From NCBI GenBank assembly GCA_963575745.1, contig CAUYUJ010000004.1, forward strand, positions 186,001-250,000: DNA of 64,000 bases, written 5' to 3'. A program made the position numbers and the translations under genes. Under the pieces are notes generated by a model. The model was not told the origin of the DNA and did not search any database. It was given only the letters and a program-made list of their open reading frames with translations. The stretch comes from Prorocentrum cordatum. Lineage: Eukaryota. Shown here piece by piece: positions 14,383 to 27,076 of this stretch (the stretch's first letter is position 1; every line of letters begins with the position of its first letter).

Positions 14383-14724
14383 ATGCCGTCCAAGCGCCGC
14401 AACAACGGCCGCTCCAAGCACGGCCACGGCCACTCTGCCATCGTCCGCTGCTGCAACTGCGGCCGCTGCGTGCCGAAGGACAAGGCCATCAAGCGGTTCC
14501 AGGTCCGCAACATGGTTGACGCGTCGTCCCAGCGCGACATCCGCGACGCGAGCGTGTACCAGACGTTCATGCTCCCGAAACTCTACATGAAGATGCTGTA
14601 CTGCGTGTCCTGCGCCATTCACGGCCGCGTCGTCAGGGTCCGCAACAAGGTGTTGCGCGCCAGCCCAGAGGGCCGCATCTACGTGCGCCCTGCGTTCGGC
14701 AAGGGCGGCGGCAAGGGCGCCTAG
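14383..14724 (+). CDS. RPS26: 40S ribosomal protein S26 (eS26), intact intronless retrogene
   Basis: [17 protein letters not shown]...[26 protein letters not shown]...[24 protein letters not shown] is the eS26 signature. Strong GC3 codon bias, no introns, relic SL upstream. Confidence 0.98.
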   Translation: MPSKRRNNGRSKHGHGHSAIVRCCNCGRCVPKDKAIKRFQVRNMVDASSQRDIRDASVYQTFMLPKLYMKMLYCVSCAIHGRVVRVRNKVLRASPEGRIYVRPAFGKGGGKGA

Positions 14725-16381
14725 GGCGACGGCAAATGAGGGTGGGGCCGACCGATCTGGCGGCCGCCTTGGCAGAGTTCCTGGTGCCGTGCGAGAGGCT
14801 AAAAGGAAGCAAGCGCAACAACATTTCAGAGGAGAGTTGTGGCTAGCAGCGCACGTTTCTACGTTGCCCGAGATACGGTGACATTGGGGACCGGCGTCCT
14901 AATCGCGAGAAAGACAACGGCCAGCAGCAGCACGCGGCTAAAGCAGCATGACTTTCCGTCGTGCCCGAAGTAGGTCGTACAGTGGGCCGTGCCCTGGGAG
15001 CGCATATCAATGTATCTTAAGCGGGGTTGTGGCCCTGGAAGCGCGCATCCGTTGTCTTTTACTTGTCCGGCGTGCCCAGAGGCTGAGAACATCCAGTCTG
15101 GTGAGGGTAGCGCGCGCCATCTGTCCGGTGGGGCATTGCGCGCGTTTGCAGGAAGAGAGAATTTGAGAAGCCAATGTCTGAATTGCTGAAGCTTCGTATC
15201 TTGCCAGGGATGCTACCAAACTGCTGCTGAGAGAACATGGGCCGCGCAGCCTCGTTGCCCTGAAGGGGGGTCGGCAGCTGTGTCCAGGGAAATCACAAAG
15301 TCAAACGCACCAATTTCTCCGTTCACTGGTTGTGCACGAGTGTGCACCATCCTGTTTTGAACTTGATCGTGGCCCTTGTTGCGTGGATCTAAGTCCTTTG
15401 CGATGGATCGCGGTCGTCAGACGTGAGGACGCTTAATTATATTGAGTGCCATGGCGCACAGTTGCTGACGAATTATTGCTCGACTGTTGTGTCTTATGAA
15501 ACATTGGAAAGATTTGAGTTTGCACCTTCTCCCTATGGTAAGGTTTTGATTCGGCGAGGACTGCGGTGAACAATTAGAAAGTTTCATCAGTGGTGGCGAT
15601 ATTCATAACAAGCACTTCGGGTATTGATAGGTGGTCACAGTTTTGCGTGGCACAGAATTTGGGGGGGTGGGATGTCTGGAATGGTTTGTCCGGACGGGGT
15701 TGTCGGGAGTGCCCGTAGAATTGGAGGTTGTCCAGATTGTCCAGATGGTTGTGCAGTCTGAGTCTGGCGCCTCTTCCCTTTTCCTTCTTCCCCCTCCCTC
15801 CATAGCTTTGCTTCTTCCCACTAGCTTGCCCGATGTGGTAGCTCAAGTAGCTTCAATCAATAGCAGCAGCCCGAACGGCCAGATGTCCTAGCAACCTGCC
15901 CAGGCTAGGATGAGCAGAACGTCCGTAGAAAGTGCAGAGTCAGAGAGAGTTGACCCAGTGCCAGTTTCTTAAGCTTGCCTAACGCACCGCTTCGATTTGG
16001 AGAGTATTGGGACAAATGTTTAAGTTATGTGTTTAGGCGTTGTTGCTATCAATAACACCAGGGACATTGTTTACTGGCTTGGGGTAGATAACACATCCGC
16101 GGGTAATCGTGCTCAAACGAGGCTGTCATCGTTTCCTTCCGATAAGTCGCAGCATTTGTCTGCTCACTACACCTTCGCGCATTCTGGACGGATGGCGTAG
16201 CTAGGCGTATCCGTCCTGCTCGCATGCGTGACCTGCCTTTCAGGTGCAACAGCTGAACGCGCAGGGGCCTGTCGGTGCCCCCAGGCAGAAACTGCATCCA
16301 GTCGATTCGCCCCAGCCTCGGCCGATCCCTGCTGTTTTCGGGGGAGGTGGCCTCATTGCGAGGGATCGGCTCAGGTAGCAG

Positions 16382-17143
16382 CAGACAGTAAAGGAGCAGC
16401 ACAAGGCTGGGGAGATGAGACGCTTGGGCGTGGACGAATACGGGGTCGAGGACAGGTACAAGTTGTCAGACTCTGATGCTTCTTGCTACCTTCCGTAGGG
16501 CCGTATTGTGAAGAGGCTCATGACGATTGAATACCTCGGCGATCAGAACAGCTGAGATGCAGAGGCACACGGTTTTGATGTGAAGACGTTTGCGAAGTTT
16601 GATGGATCATTTTCCGCTCGCTCCTGGGAAACAAAAGTGAACAGCCTCGGCTATGGAACGCACTTCCACCAGAAGTTTTTGGTGTTACCGCCGTCAAGAA
16701 CTATGCGTTCTACACACCCAGAATGTACACGCCACACTTCGCCACAGGAGCCAAGGGGTAGGCAGTCTACAAAGGCTGCTGCAAGGGAATATCCGGATTG
16801 CCTAGGGATGTGGTGCACTGAAGCCTCGCGGAAGGCTGGGATACAGGAGCCTTTCCGTCACATCTTCTGCACGCCGCATGGACTCAAAGATGAGCCGAGC
16901 TGGGCTGCAAACGAGTCGTACCAGTGCAGCGTGAGCCACTATGGCACAACGGACAAACATGGAAGGGAGCGGAAGCAGTTTGCGGCGCCGTCGCTTGACT
17001 TGTTTGGTACATTTCTGAACAAACGCAAGATCCAATCCGAAGGTGGGAAGAATGAGCTCAAGCTCCATGGTGGTGGTTCCGACTATGGCGAGACGCTTGT
17101 CATGATGATGACTGCAATCGCCCTGAAGAAGGCTTTCATCTAG
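16382..17143 (+). pseudogene. Decayed protein-coding sequence of unknown function (weak Tubby-C/LURP-one-like impression)
   Basis: The non-repetitive 187-aa ORF (16580-17143) extends upstream in frame through two stops (TGA 16553, TAG 16496) with protein-like composition. It ends in a hydrophobic helix 'GSDYGETLVMMMTAIALKKAFI'. Confidence 0.3.
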
Positions 17144-17959
17144 GGCGGCTCAGGTAACTGATGCCTGGCCGCGCTCGCATCACAATATTCCTTCCTTTCT
17201 AGTCTCGAGCCCAGTTTGCATGCTCACAGTTGAGTTGCATTGCTTAAATAGCCAACGAGATCAGCGGTTCTTCTAGGACTGCTGCTTGCGGGTGTGTGTG
17301 TGTTCGTTGAGCAGAAAAATACCATGTAGCCGATTTAATTTCTATAACAAATCATCCCGGCGCCGACTGGGCGTATTATTGTGGCATTTATGGCGGGTTT
17401 TCTTCGGGCTCAAGAGGCTTCCAGTACGGCCCAATCCGGCGTCAAGATGCAGCCAAAACGATTCGAAAGGGCTCCAGGCGGCCGCCAAAGGACGTCTCCA
17501 GAGGCCTCTAGCGTGCTCCAGAGGGCCCAGGAGGCGCACAAGAGGCTCCGACAGAGGCTTTGAGAGGCATCGCGACATGGGATCGGCATGGAAGGTAATC
17601 GAAGCCCTTCGAGTTTTCCGTGTAGTTTCGGTTTCTGTGTTTTTCCGCCGAGCACGACCCCAATATGCCTTCACAGCTCTTGAAGACGGCCCAAGAGCGT
17701 CTCAAAGAGGTACCAGTATGGCCCACAGACAGTTCAAAAGGGCGCGTGGAGGTGCCCCATACAGGCTAGCATATCCCCAATGCGGCCCAACACGGCTACC
17801 CGAGGGCTACAAAACGACCCACGAGAGTCCTCCAAACGACCTCAAGTGCCCCGAGATGGTTCGAGAGTGTTCCAGAAATCCAGACGCCATTCGACATCGC
17901 CCTCAGAAGGGCCTCCAGAGGGTTGCTACACGGTGCTCCCAGCACGGGGTTTGGCCCAG

Positions 17960-18028
17960 TGGAGGCTCAGCCGCATGGAGGCGCAGCACGCCAGCGCCTT
18001 CCTGGAGGAGCTCTGGGGCTCGCTGTAG
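17960..18028 (+). CDS. Probable terminal coding exon of an unidentified host gene (WRLSRMEAQHASAFLEELWGSL*)
   Basis: Follows CCCAG, all codons end in G/C, ends in TAG and is followed by a GC-rich UTR-like stretch. The acceptor could instead be GAG|G at 17964/17965. Upstream exons were not identified. Confidence 0.45.
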   Translation, partial: WRLSRMEAQHASAFLEELWGSL

Positions 18029-19539
18029 CGCGCGGTCGGGGATGGGGCCGGGCGGCGCCGGCCGTGCCGGTTGCGCCGCCGGCCGCCCGCTCGCCGCGAG
18101 GCCAAAGGGTCGCGAGGGAAGCGTGTCCGGAGGTTTTTTCTCGGCATTTCCGTGCTTCTGACTAGAACTTTTCTCGAACGCCAGGCGAAGTTCAGTAACG
18201 TCATCGTCCTCTGGCGGACTGAGGCCGAACCCTGAAAAGGCTGCGGAGCCCGGGCCCTTCGGCTGTCAGAAACCGGCTCAGGATGGAGCAGGTGGTCCCG
18301 GGGAGAGGCCCACGGGCCCAGGGCCCTCTGCCCTCGGGACTCGCGTCCTTCCTGCCAACTCGCGCGCCAGCAGCCCACATGTTCTGCTGTTGAGATGCAG
18401 ATTCTGAAGGGCAACTGTTGCGGTTGACCCCCTGCCAGCTGCCTGATGATGGGAGAACCGCACAAGCAGCGCGCAAGAAGCACGTCTGCGAGCGTCGGCA
18501 ATGTACTCGTGAGCACTGCAGTAGCCTGCCGCTCTCACCAGATGCCCAGGCTGGTCCCAGCCATCTCTAGCAGTCCCCTGGTGATCGTTTTCTTATGCAC
18601 TGTTTGGCAGATCGGCACGGGCCCTCGCACCCCCCCTTCCCCCCTATGGGGTAGATATTGGCAGTTTTTGGCGCCTGCTTCGAGCAGGTGGGGTCTCCCC
18701 CGCATGCGACGCACTGTTGCAAACAGTGGCATCAAGCAGAGGTCCGGAGCCAGACCCCCCTCCTCCCGTCCGATCGACCAGGACGGGATATCATCTTGGG
18801 GGCTCCTGAGACCTCCTGGGACCTCCCGGGGGGGCTCATGGGGTTTCCTGGGACCGCTCTGTGGCATCCTAAGAACTTTTGTGGTTTCGTGGAAACTCCT
18901 GGGGCCTCCTGGGGCTTCCCGAAGCCCTATTGGGGTTTCCTGGCGATCTTCTGGGGCCTCCTCAGACCTCCTGTGGTTTCGTGGGACCTCCCGGGGCATC
19001 CTGGCGCATTCTGGGGCATCCTGGGACCTCCTGGGGAGGGGGACGGGATAATGGCGAGGGCGTTCGATGTCATCGTCGTCATCGTCGTCGTCGATGCCAT
19101 CGTCGTCGTTATCGTCATCGTCGTCGCCGTCGTGGCCGTCGTGGCCGCGTGCACACAACGACGACGACCCCCGGGGGGGGGCAGGAGGGTGGTGACAGGA
19201 GGCGTTCCCGCGGGCCCCGCCAGAACGCGCACCGCGAGGGGCGGGACCCCTGGGGCCCCAGAACCAACTTAACGAAACACATTTTGATTAAAATGTTCCA
19301 TTGCGCGTTTTGATCGATAAAGGGTCTGGGCGTCCTGAGAGCACCTCGAGTGTCGTCGTCGCTGTCCTGGAGATGTCGGGCGCGGGTTGGGGGCGTGAGG
19401 CCCGTTGTCGTCACGGCCGCGGTGCGGTCGTTCAGTAGTTCAAGCAATGACAAATGTGCATAAACCCATTATGATGTACCGTGGGGCCGCCCACAATCGC
19501 GCCAAACACATTAGTTGTTAGGCATTTTCTGCTGCCGGT

Positions 19540-19993
19540 TCCCCTACCCAGGGCAGCGTTTCGTGGCCCCATAGAGAGCTCCACCGTAGGCCCCAGTGGG
19601 GGTGCCCGCATGCGGTTCCCCCACCCAGGGCAGCGTTTCGTAGCCCCATAGGGAGCTCCTCCGAAGGCCCCGGTGGGGGTGCCCGCATACGGCTCCCCCA
19701 CCCAGGGCAGCGTTTCGTGGCCCCATAGGGAGCTCCACCGTAGTCCTCCCCCTCCCCGTCCGTGCCATTGCTCTCGGCACACCTCTCACACGTTTCGTAG
19801 CCCCATAGGGAGCCCCACCGAAGGCCCCAGTGGGGGTTCCCGCATGCGGTTCCCCCACCCAGGGCAGCGTTTCGTCGCCCCATAGAGAGCTCCACCGTAG
19901 GCCCCAGTGGGGGTGCCCGCATGCGGTTCCCCCACCCAGGGCGGCGTTTCGTAGCCCCATAGGGAGCTCCACCGAAGGCCCCAGTGGGGGTGC
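19540..19993. repeat. ~77-bp tandem satellite (gtttcgtggccccatagggagctccaccgaaggccccagtgg family)
   Basis: 5-6 tandem units; same core as the array at 55975-56752. Confidence 0.92.
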
Positions 19994-20329
19994 CCGACGA
20001 TTCTCGAAAGGTTTTCGACGCCCCCAGACCGCCCCGATTATGTACAAATAATCGGGAACCTAAGGTTTCTGCATGGTTCTGGACGGCCCCACGGGAAAAC
20101 CCATCGGTTTTCATATATCACAGTCGGACCCCCGAAGAGGCCGTTCAAAACTCCGCCACCAGAGCCAGAGGACCTCGCCCCGAACGGCCGTTTGGACTTC
20201 CCGAGGCCTCTACGACGCCATGTTTGATGCATATATGCGTTTGGCTTAACATGCATCAGCGGAACACACGACGCAATCGCAGTTTTATGTGCATTGTATG
20301 TATACGCATGGGCTTCGATCTTTATTGTT

Positions 20330-20775
20330 ACGTCTGATATGTATATCTACATACATAGATACATACACATACAGCATCAGTATATGTATATGTGTGTACA
20401 CTTATACGTGTACCTATCTAGATATGAACTCACTGGGGCATACTATATGTATATATAAACACATGTATACGTATGTGTGCGTAGGCATATGCACATGCGT
20501 ACATGCTTAATTACATACACACATGAAAACACGTTCAATACGGGCGAATCCAACATAACAGTATCATCACTCGCCCTAGTCGCACGCATCCAATGACTGC
20601 AGCTGAGCACATGCGTTCGGCACGACATTCATACATGGAGCGCACTACGTAAGCGCAGTTGTATGTCCAATGTCTGTATACACATGGACTTGAATAATTG
20701 CATTCATGTACGAAACCTATACATTATACGTACTATACTGTATACAGCCATGCATATATACATATATATATATGA
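20330..20775. repeat. AT-rich (TA/CA) low-complexity tract
   Basis: Degenerate tacata/tatgta runs. Confidence 0.7.
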
Positions 20776-20959
20776 TTGAGACATGAACTCCCATACGGCG
20801 CGTTGTCTGATCAGTTGTTCTTACAGGTTATGGTAACTCAGTTCAAAACCAGACAAAAAACAGAAAAACAACAAAAACAGAAAGCAACACTAAGCGATAC
20901 TACAGCGTAGGGGTCGGCGGAAGCGGCCGCCAGGCTTTTGCTATGATCCAACGTCGCAG

Positions 20960-23140
20960 CTCATCCATTATTCTCTGCTGGGGCCAGAGTGACAGCTCCT
21001 GAGCTATTACCAACATGGCGGCTCTTCTCTACCGATCGGCACGTGCAGAGCTGCGTCTCGTACGCACGAGGTTGAAAGGAGTGCGCTTCTTCCCTTTGCG
21101 CGCAGGCTTCCGCAATGGATGCTCCTGCGCACGCAGAGCCGCAATTGCTGCCAGGCGGCAGCGCACAAAGGAAAAGGATGTTCGGACCTTGTGTGAAGGA
21201 ATGGCGTCGTTTTTTTTGCACACCATGCCGCCCACGCGGGCAAGCTAATCTTCAGGCTCGCTGCGCGCAGCGCTAAAACGTCGACAGACGAAACGACTGA
21301 GGTGGTCGGGGAGTACAACGCAGCATTATGCGATAGAAGCTTGCCTTGCTAGAAAACTTGCATCTGAGCGGCGACTGAGTCCAAGGGCCGCGGAATAGGT
21401 TGGTTCTTAGAGATCACATTGATCTCGTGAGTCAGAGAGCCATTGCTCGTGGAGCCACTCGCCACAAGCTTGACCATGTTGGCAGGGAGCGAGTGCATCA
21501 TTCTGGCGTTGTTGAAGTACCACTCCAACTTGTGGGGGGCTACCGCTCGCCACAAGATGGTATACAGCTTGGCCCCCTGCACTTGTGTGGTTATGTTCAC
21601 TTTGGCCCAATGCAAAGCAGTGAGGGAGGCCATCGCCTTGATGACATCCAGGCTACAACAGAACGGCACAGTATCATCGAATGCATCAAGTACACGTTGC
21701 GCTTCTGTCTGTCCCATCCTTCCTGACGCCACCAAGGTCCTGTATCGCTTCTCTTGCGTTCCATGGTCCCTCGCTTCGTTGTTGCAAAACGCTGGGCCCC
21801 AGAAGCTAGCTTCCTTGGTTGAATCCACCTGGACGAACTTGCGCATGATCTTGCGCAGATATGTTTCGCCCGGGCGCGTCTGGCCCCATTGCGCTTGGTT
21901 GTAATGGATCACCAAGTGGACAGTATCCAAACACAAATACTCCAAATGTGGAGACACGGTCTTCATGTGATTATACAGGGCCCCTGAGGTATCATCCCAA
22001 GCAAGCAAGAGAACGCACCTGGCTCCTGATATTCACCGTGAGGTGCTCGCGCACAATCAGGCGGAGGTGTTCGCTAGACTCGTCGCGCACAGGAACCAGG
22101 CACGCCACGGCCCCAGTGATTCCCCTGATGGACAGTAGCCGTCTTCTGGCCTCAGCCTCGGGCACGACTTGGGCGGCCTTTTGATCCTTGGACGCGCGGT
22201 AGTCGGCCTGGCCAATCACTCGGCGAAGGATTCTCATTGTAGCGTCCATGGTCAAATGTTGAAACTCGGAATTGTTGATGCACTCCCTCAACAGCTCCGC
22301 GCGCGCATCCTGCCACCACGCGGACGTGAGAACGTCCTGAACCAAACAGGACCACCATGTCGAGCTATCGGGCACCAGGCTCCACAACTGGTTTCGGGCG
22401 GCTTTGAAGGTGAGTAGGAGACGGCGGCGCGTCGGCCGAATCCCCCCATGGTTGACAATGAGCTCTCTGACAAATATATCCGTTGCGTCCTTCCCAATGT
22501 ACGCGCACCCAATCCTGCGAGCGCCTTCAAGGAGGATGAGTTGTCGATGTATGAAATCGATTCCACGAGAGGTGCACAGTTTGAACATGTTGCCCACCTG
22601 ATGGTGCCCCATGCCACGCTGCAATTCTGTTTGGCTTTGGCGAGCGCCCCACAACACGTGGGCGCTCCGCTGCAAGTATGTTCCAGGCGGGGCACGGGAA
22701 ACTTGATCGTTTTCATTAGAGCGCCCGTATGATTTGCAATTGCCGCTTCACCTGGCCAGCGAAAAACCAACCCTCTTGTGCATTGCCGATATTCCGACGA
22801 AGCGTCTTGCTGTGTTGTTTGTTGATGTGGGCGCGCATGTCGCGCTGTTAATAATTGCCGTTGAATTATTTGCACGGGCAGAGCAAACAGTATGCCACTC
22901 CAGATGCCACTCTCCGCCTCCGCGGCTGCGACGAAAGGCATGCGTTGCGCTCCTTCTCCAGGTGCTCGGCGATGACGTCGTCCACGAGCACCGCGCCGTG
23001 GTCGTCGTCGGCGTGTGTTGCTGGCCCTACTTGAGCAGCTCCGTACTCAATCTCGAAACCAGCTTCGCCTTCGCCGAGGCCGCCGTGAACGCCCGCGTCC
23101 ATCGACGCGCGCGTCCGCGCCGATGGGGCGACGCAGAATA
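20960..23140 (-). mobile_element. Degenerate MULE/IS256-like DDE transposase
   Basis: Frameshifted minus-strand ORFs give 'QHLTMDAT' (first D), 'VRSLA/WDDTS' (second D), 'LCLDTVHL' (C/DxxH motif) and 'GSTSNGSLTHEIN' (catalytic E position apparently mutated to G). An upstream 'YCLLCP...H' suggests a zinc finger. GC is lower than in the flanks. Confidence 0.6.
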
Positions 23141-23243
23141 ATAAGAACCCGAGCCGAAGGTGCTACAGTGCACCCTTGTGGAGGACACTCCTGTTCCCTA
23201 CTTCGAGCAACTTTTGTGGAGGACACTCTTGTTCCCTACTTTT

Positions 23244-24953
23244 GAATGAGTTGGAGTGTGAATCAGTCTCAGTAGTACGAGCGCGTCTCTTCGCATGAGC
23301 CTGGGGCTTCTTGAGGCCTCCTGAAACCTCCTGGGGCTTCCCGGGGCCTCCTGGAGCCTCTTGGGCCTTCGCCTCCTGTGGCCTCTTGGGGCTTCTCGTT
23401 TCCTCCTGGGGCGCCCCAGGAGGCCCAATCTCTAGGAACAGACGCATATAAAACACGACGGATTGGAACCGCAGGAGAAGGGCAATATACAGGAACACGC
23501 GTAAAACCACGGACTCGTGCCCCAGAGGGGGCTAAATCTATAGAAACATAAATAAAACACAGAGGATTCGTGCTCCAGGGGAAGCACAATCTATAGGAGC
23601 AGACGTACAACGCATGGGATTGGAACCACTCCTGTGGCCTTGTGATACCTCCTGCTCCTGGGGACTCTTGGGGCCCCCTGGTGCCTTTCGAGGCCTCCTG
23701 GTGCCTTCTGGCGCTTCCTGTGGCCTCCTGTGGCCTCCTGTGGCCTCCTGTGGCATCCTGGAGCATCCTGGAGCTTCTTGGAGCCTTCTGGACCTCTTGG
23801 GACCCCCTGGGGCGTCCTGGAGCCTTCCGGAGCCTCCTGCAGCATCCTGTTGCACCCTGGTACCTCCTGGTGCGTCTTGTGGCCTCTTGGGCCTCCTGTG
23901 GCATCCTGAAGAGGATCCGCGCCCACGAGTCTGGCCAGCAAAATATGCAATCCGCTAGATACATCCTCAAAATCTGGCCCCAGATGGGGGCGAAAATGAG
24001 TGCCTCGCTCGAGACATCCTCCAAATCTGCTCCGAAAGCCGAGGATGTGGAGCACCAAAACAGGCACCCTGCTCGAGACATCCCCGCCATTTTGGCGCGA
24101 ACGGAGGAGTGCAATACCCCCTGGCGGCTCCCCCTTGGGGGTTCTGAAACCCGCGCCTCGCTCGAGACATCCTCCAAATCTGCTTCGAAAGCAGAGGATG
24201 CTGAGCACCAAAACAGGCACCCCGCTGGAGACATCCCCGACATTTTGGCGCGAACGGAGGAGTGCAATACCACTGGCGGCTCCTCCTTGGGGGTGCTGAA
24301 ATCCGCGCTTCGCTCGAGACATCCTCCAAATCTGCTCCGAAAGCCGAGGATGCTGGACACCAAAACAGGCAAACCGCTCGAGACATCCCCCGACATTTTG
24401 GCGCGAACGGAAGAGTGCAATACCACTGGCGGCTCCTCCTTGGGGGTGCTGAAATCCGTGCCTCGCTCGAGACATCCTCCAAATATGTTCCGAAAGCGGA
24501 GGATGCTGAGCACCAAAACGAGCAAACCGCTCGAGGCATCCCCGCCATTTTGGCGCGAACGGAAGAGTAATACCACCTGGCGGCTCCCCCTTGGGGGTGC
24601 TGAAATCCGCGCCTCGCTCGAGACATCCTCCAAATCTGCTCCGAAAGCCGAGGATGTTGAGCACCAAAACAGGCAAACCGCTCGAGGCATCCCCGCCATT
24701 TTGGCGCGAACGGAAGAGTGCAATACCCCTTGGCGGGTCCCCCTTGGGGGTGCTGAAATCCGCGCTTCGCTCGAGACATCCTCCAAATCTGCTCCGAAAG
24801 CGGAGGATGCTGAGCACCAAAAGCAGGCAAACCGCTCGTGACGTCCCCGCCATTTTGGCGCGAAGGAAAGCCGTGCAATACCCTTCTGGCGGCTCCCCCT
24901 TGGGGCTTCTGAAACCCGCGCCTCGCTCGAGACATCCTTAGAATTTGCTCCGC

Positions 24954-25051
<98 letters not shown>

Positions 25052-25340
25052 CCATCACCATCACCATCACCATTAGCATCACCATCACCATCACCATCAT
25101 CATCATCATCATCATCAACAACAACAACATCAACATCATATTCATCTTCATCTTCATCTTCATCTTCATCTTTATCATCAGCATCATCATCACCATCAGC
25201 ATCACCATCATCATCACCATCGTCATCATTAGCATTATCATTATCATTATCATCATCATCACCAGCATCATCATCAGCATCACCATCAGCATCATCATCA
25301 CCATCATCATCATGATCACCACCATTATCGTCGCCGCCAT
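23244..25340. repeat. Composite repeat copy 1: unique head + CCTCCTG tract + ~153-bp tandem array (~6 units, ~24000-24950) + (CAT)n
   Basis: gagacatcct recurs at 24011, 24164, 24316, 24469, 24620, 24773 and 24929, followed by CAT repeats from 24954. Confidence 0.92.
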
Positions 25341-25551
25341 CAGAAACCTGGGTATTAGGAATATAAGAGCGAGCGCATCTGAGTATGAGTGAGTCTGAAT
25401 ATGAGTGACTCTACATGTGAGTGAGTCAGAGAATGATCCCCATATGTGCATCTATTTGCATGGACCTGTCCGCCGTGAATGTGTCTAGGCGCAAGAGTTT
25501 TCGAATACAAACGGGCTTGAGTTGTAACGGTCTGGTCATGAATCTAACTGC

Positions 25552-26588
25552 GAATGAATTGGAGTGTGAATGAGCCTCAGTAATACGAGCGCGTCTCTGC
25601 GCATGAGCCTGGGGCCTCTTGGGGCCTCCTGGAACCTACTGGGACTTCCTGGGGCCTCCAGGAGCCTCTTGGGGCCTCCTGGGGCCTCCTTGTATATATA
25701 TATATATATATATATGAACACGTAAAACACCAAGGACTCGTGCCCCAGGGGAGGCCCAATATATACGAACATAAGTAAAACATTTAGGATTGTGTACACA
25801 GGATACGGACCATTTATAGAAACATACGTATAACAATAATGATTCGTGCTCCAGGTGAGGCCCAATATATAGGAGCATACGCAAAACACATGGGATTGGA
25901 GCCACTCCTGTTGCCTTCTGAGGCCTCCTGCTCCTGGTGCCTCTCGGGGCCTCCTGTTGCCTTCCAAGGCCTCCTGGTGCATCCTGTGGCCTCCTGGGGC
26001 CTCCTGTGGCTTCCTGAGGCCTCCTGGAGCTTCCTGGGGCCTCCTGGAGCTTCTGGAGACATCCTGTAGCCTCTTGAGTCTTTATGTGGCCTCCTGATGC
26101 CTCCTGGGACCTCATGTGGCCTCCTGGGGCCTCCTGGAGCCTGTTGGAGCCTCCTGTCGCATCCTGAGGAGACTATGTGCCCACGAGTCTGGCCACCAAA
26201 ACAGGCAAACCGATCGAGACATCCTGAAAATCTGGCCACCTTGGGGGGCGAATATGAGCGCCTCGCTCGAGACATCCTCCAATTCTGCTCCGAAAGCGGA
26301 GGATGGTGGGACCAAAGCAGGCAAACCGCCTGAGACATCCCCGCCATTTGGGCGCGAACGGAGGCCGTGCAATACCCCTGGCGGCCCCCCCTTAGGAGGC
26401 GCCTCGCACGAGACATCCTCCAAATCTGCTCCGAAAACCGAGGATGTTGGGGACCAAAACAGGCAAACCGCCTGAGACATCCCCACCATTTGGGCGCGAA
26501 CGGAGGCCGTGCAATAACCCTGGCGGCCCCCCCCTAGGAGTGCTAAAACCAGCAAGCCGCTCGAGACATCCTCATCATCTGCTCATCG

Positions 26589-26667
<79 letters not shown>

Positions 26668-26732
26668 CAGCATCAGCATCAGCATCAGCATCATCATCAT
26701 CACCATCCTCCTCCTCCTCCTCCTCCTCCTCC

Positions 26733-26773
<41 letters not shown>

Positions 26774-26893
26774 GGCAGCATCATCAGCATCACCATCACC
26801 ATCATTACCATACTCATCCATCATTCGCCTTCACCATAATACTCACATCATACTCTCACCATACCATGGTCATCATCATGACAATCATCATCA
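25552..26893. repeat. Composite repeat copy 2 (diverged, shorter array)
   Basis: Same head (gaatga.ttggagtgtgaat.ag.ctcagta.tacgagcgcgtctc) and the same module order as copy 1, ending in CAT/CAG/CCT runs. Confidence 0.88.
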
Positions 26894-27054
26894 TTGTCTA
26901 GTGCAGGGAGGGAGGAGGAGAGGGGTGGTAGGTGGTCCGGCGCGGTCGGAGAATGGCACGAACCCTATCCTTTGGATATGGGGAATATCACTAGCCCCGT
27001 CCTTAGGATATGGGGGGAAGAGAGAGAGAGAGAGAGAGAGAGAGAAAACACATC

Positions 27055-27076
27055 TCCGTAGCCATTTTGGCTCAAG
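27055..27076 (+). other. Perfect genomic copy of the dinoflagellate spliced leader at the 5' end of a LINE
   Basis: TCCGTAGCCATTTTGGCTCAAG, 22/22 match. It is followed by GC rather than a GT donor, so it is not an SL RNA gene. Confidence 0.98.

Noticed and set aside
16553..16555. In-frame TGA as selenocysteine
   Set aside because: A second in-frame stop (TAG) is nearby and no SECIS is evident, so decay is the simpler explanation.
23956..24950. CRISPR-like appearance of the 153-bp, 86-bp and 77-bp arrays
   Set aside because: Entire units repeat with no unique spacers, there are no cas genes, and the context is eukaryotic.
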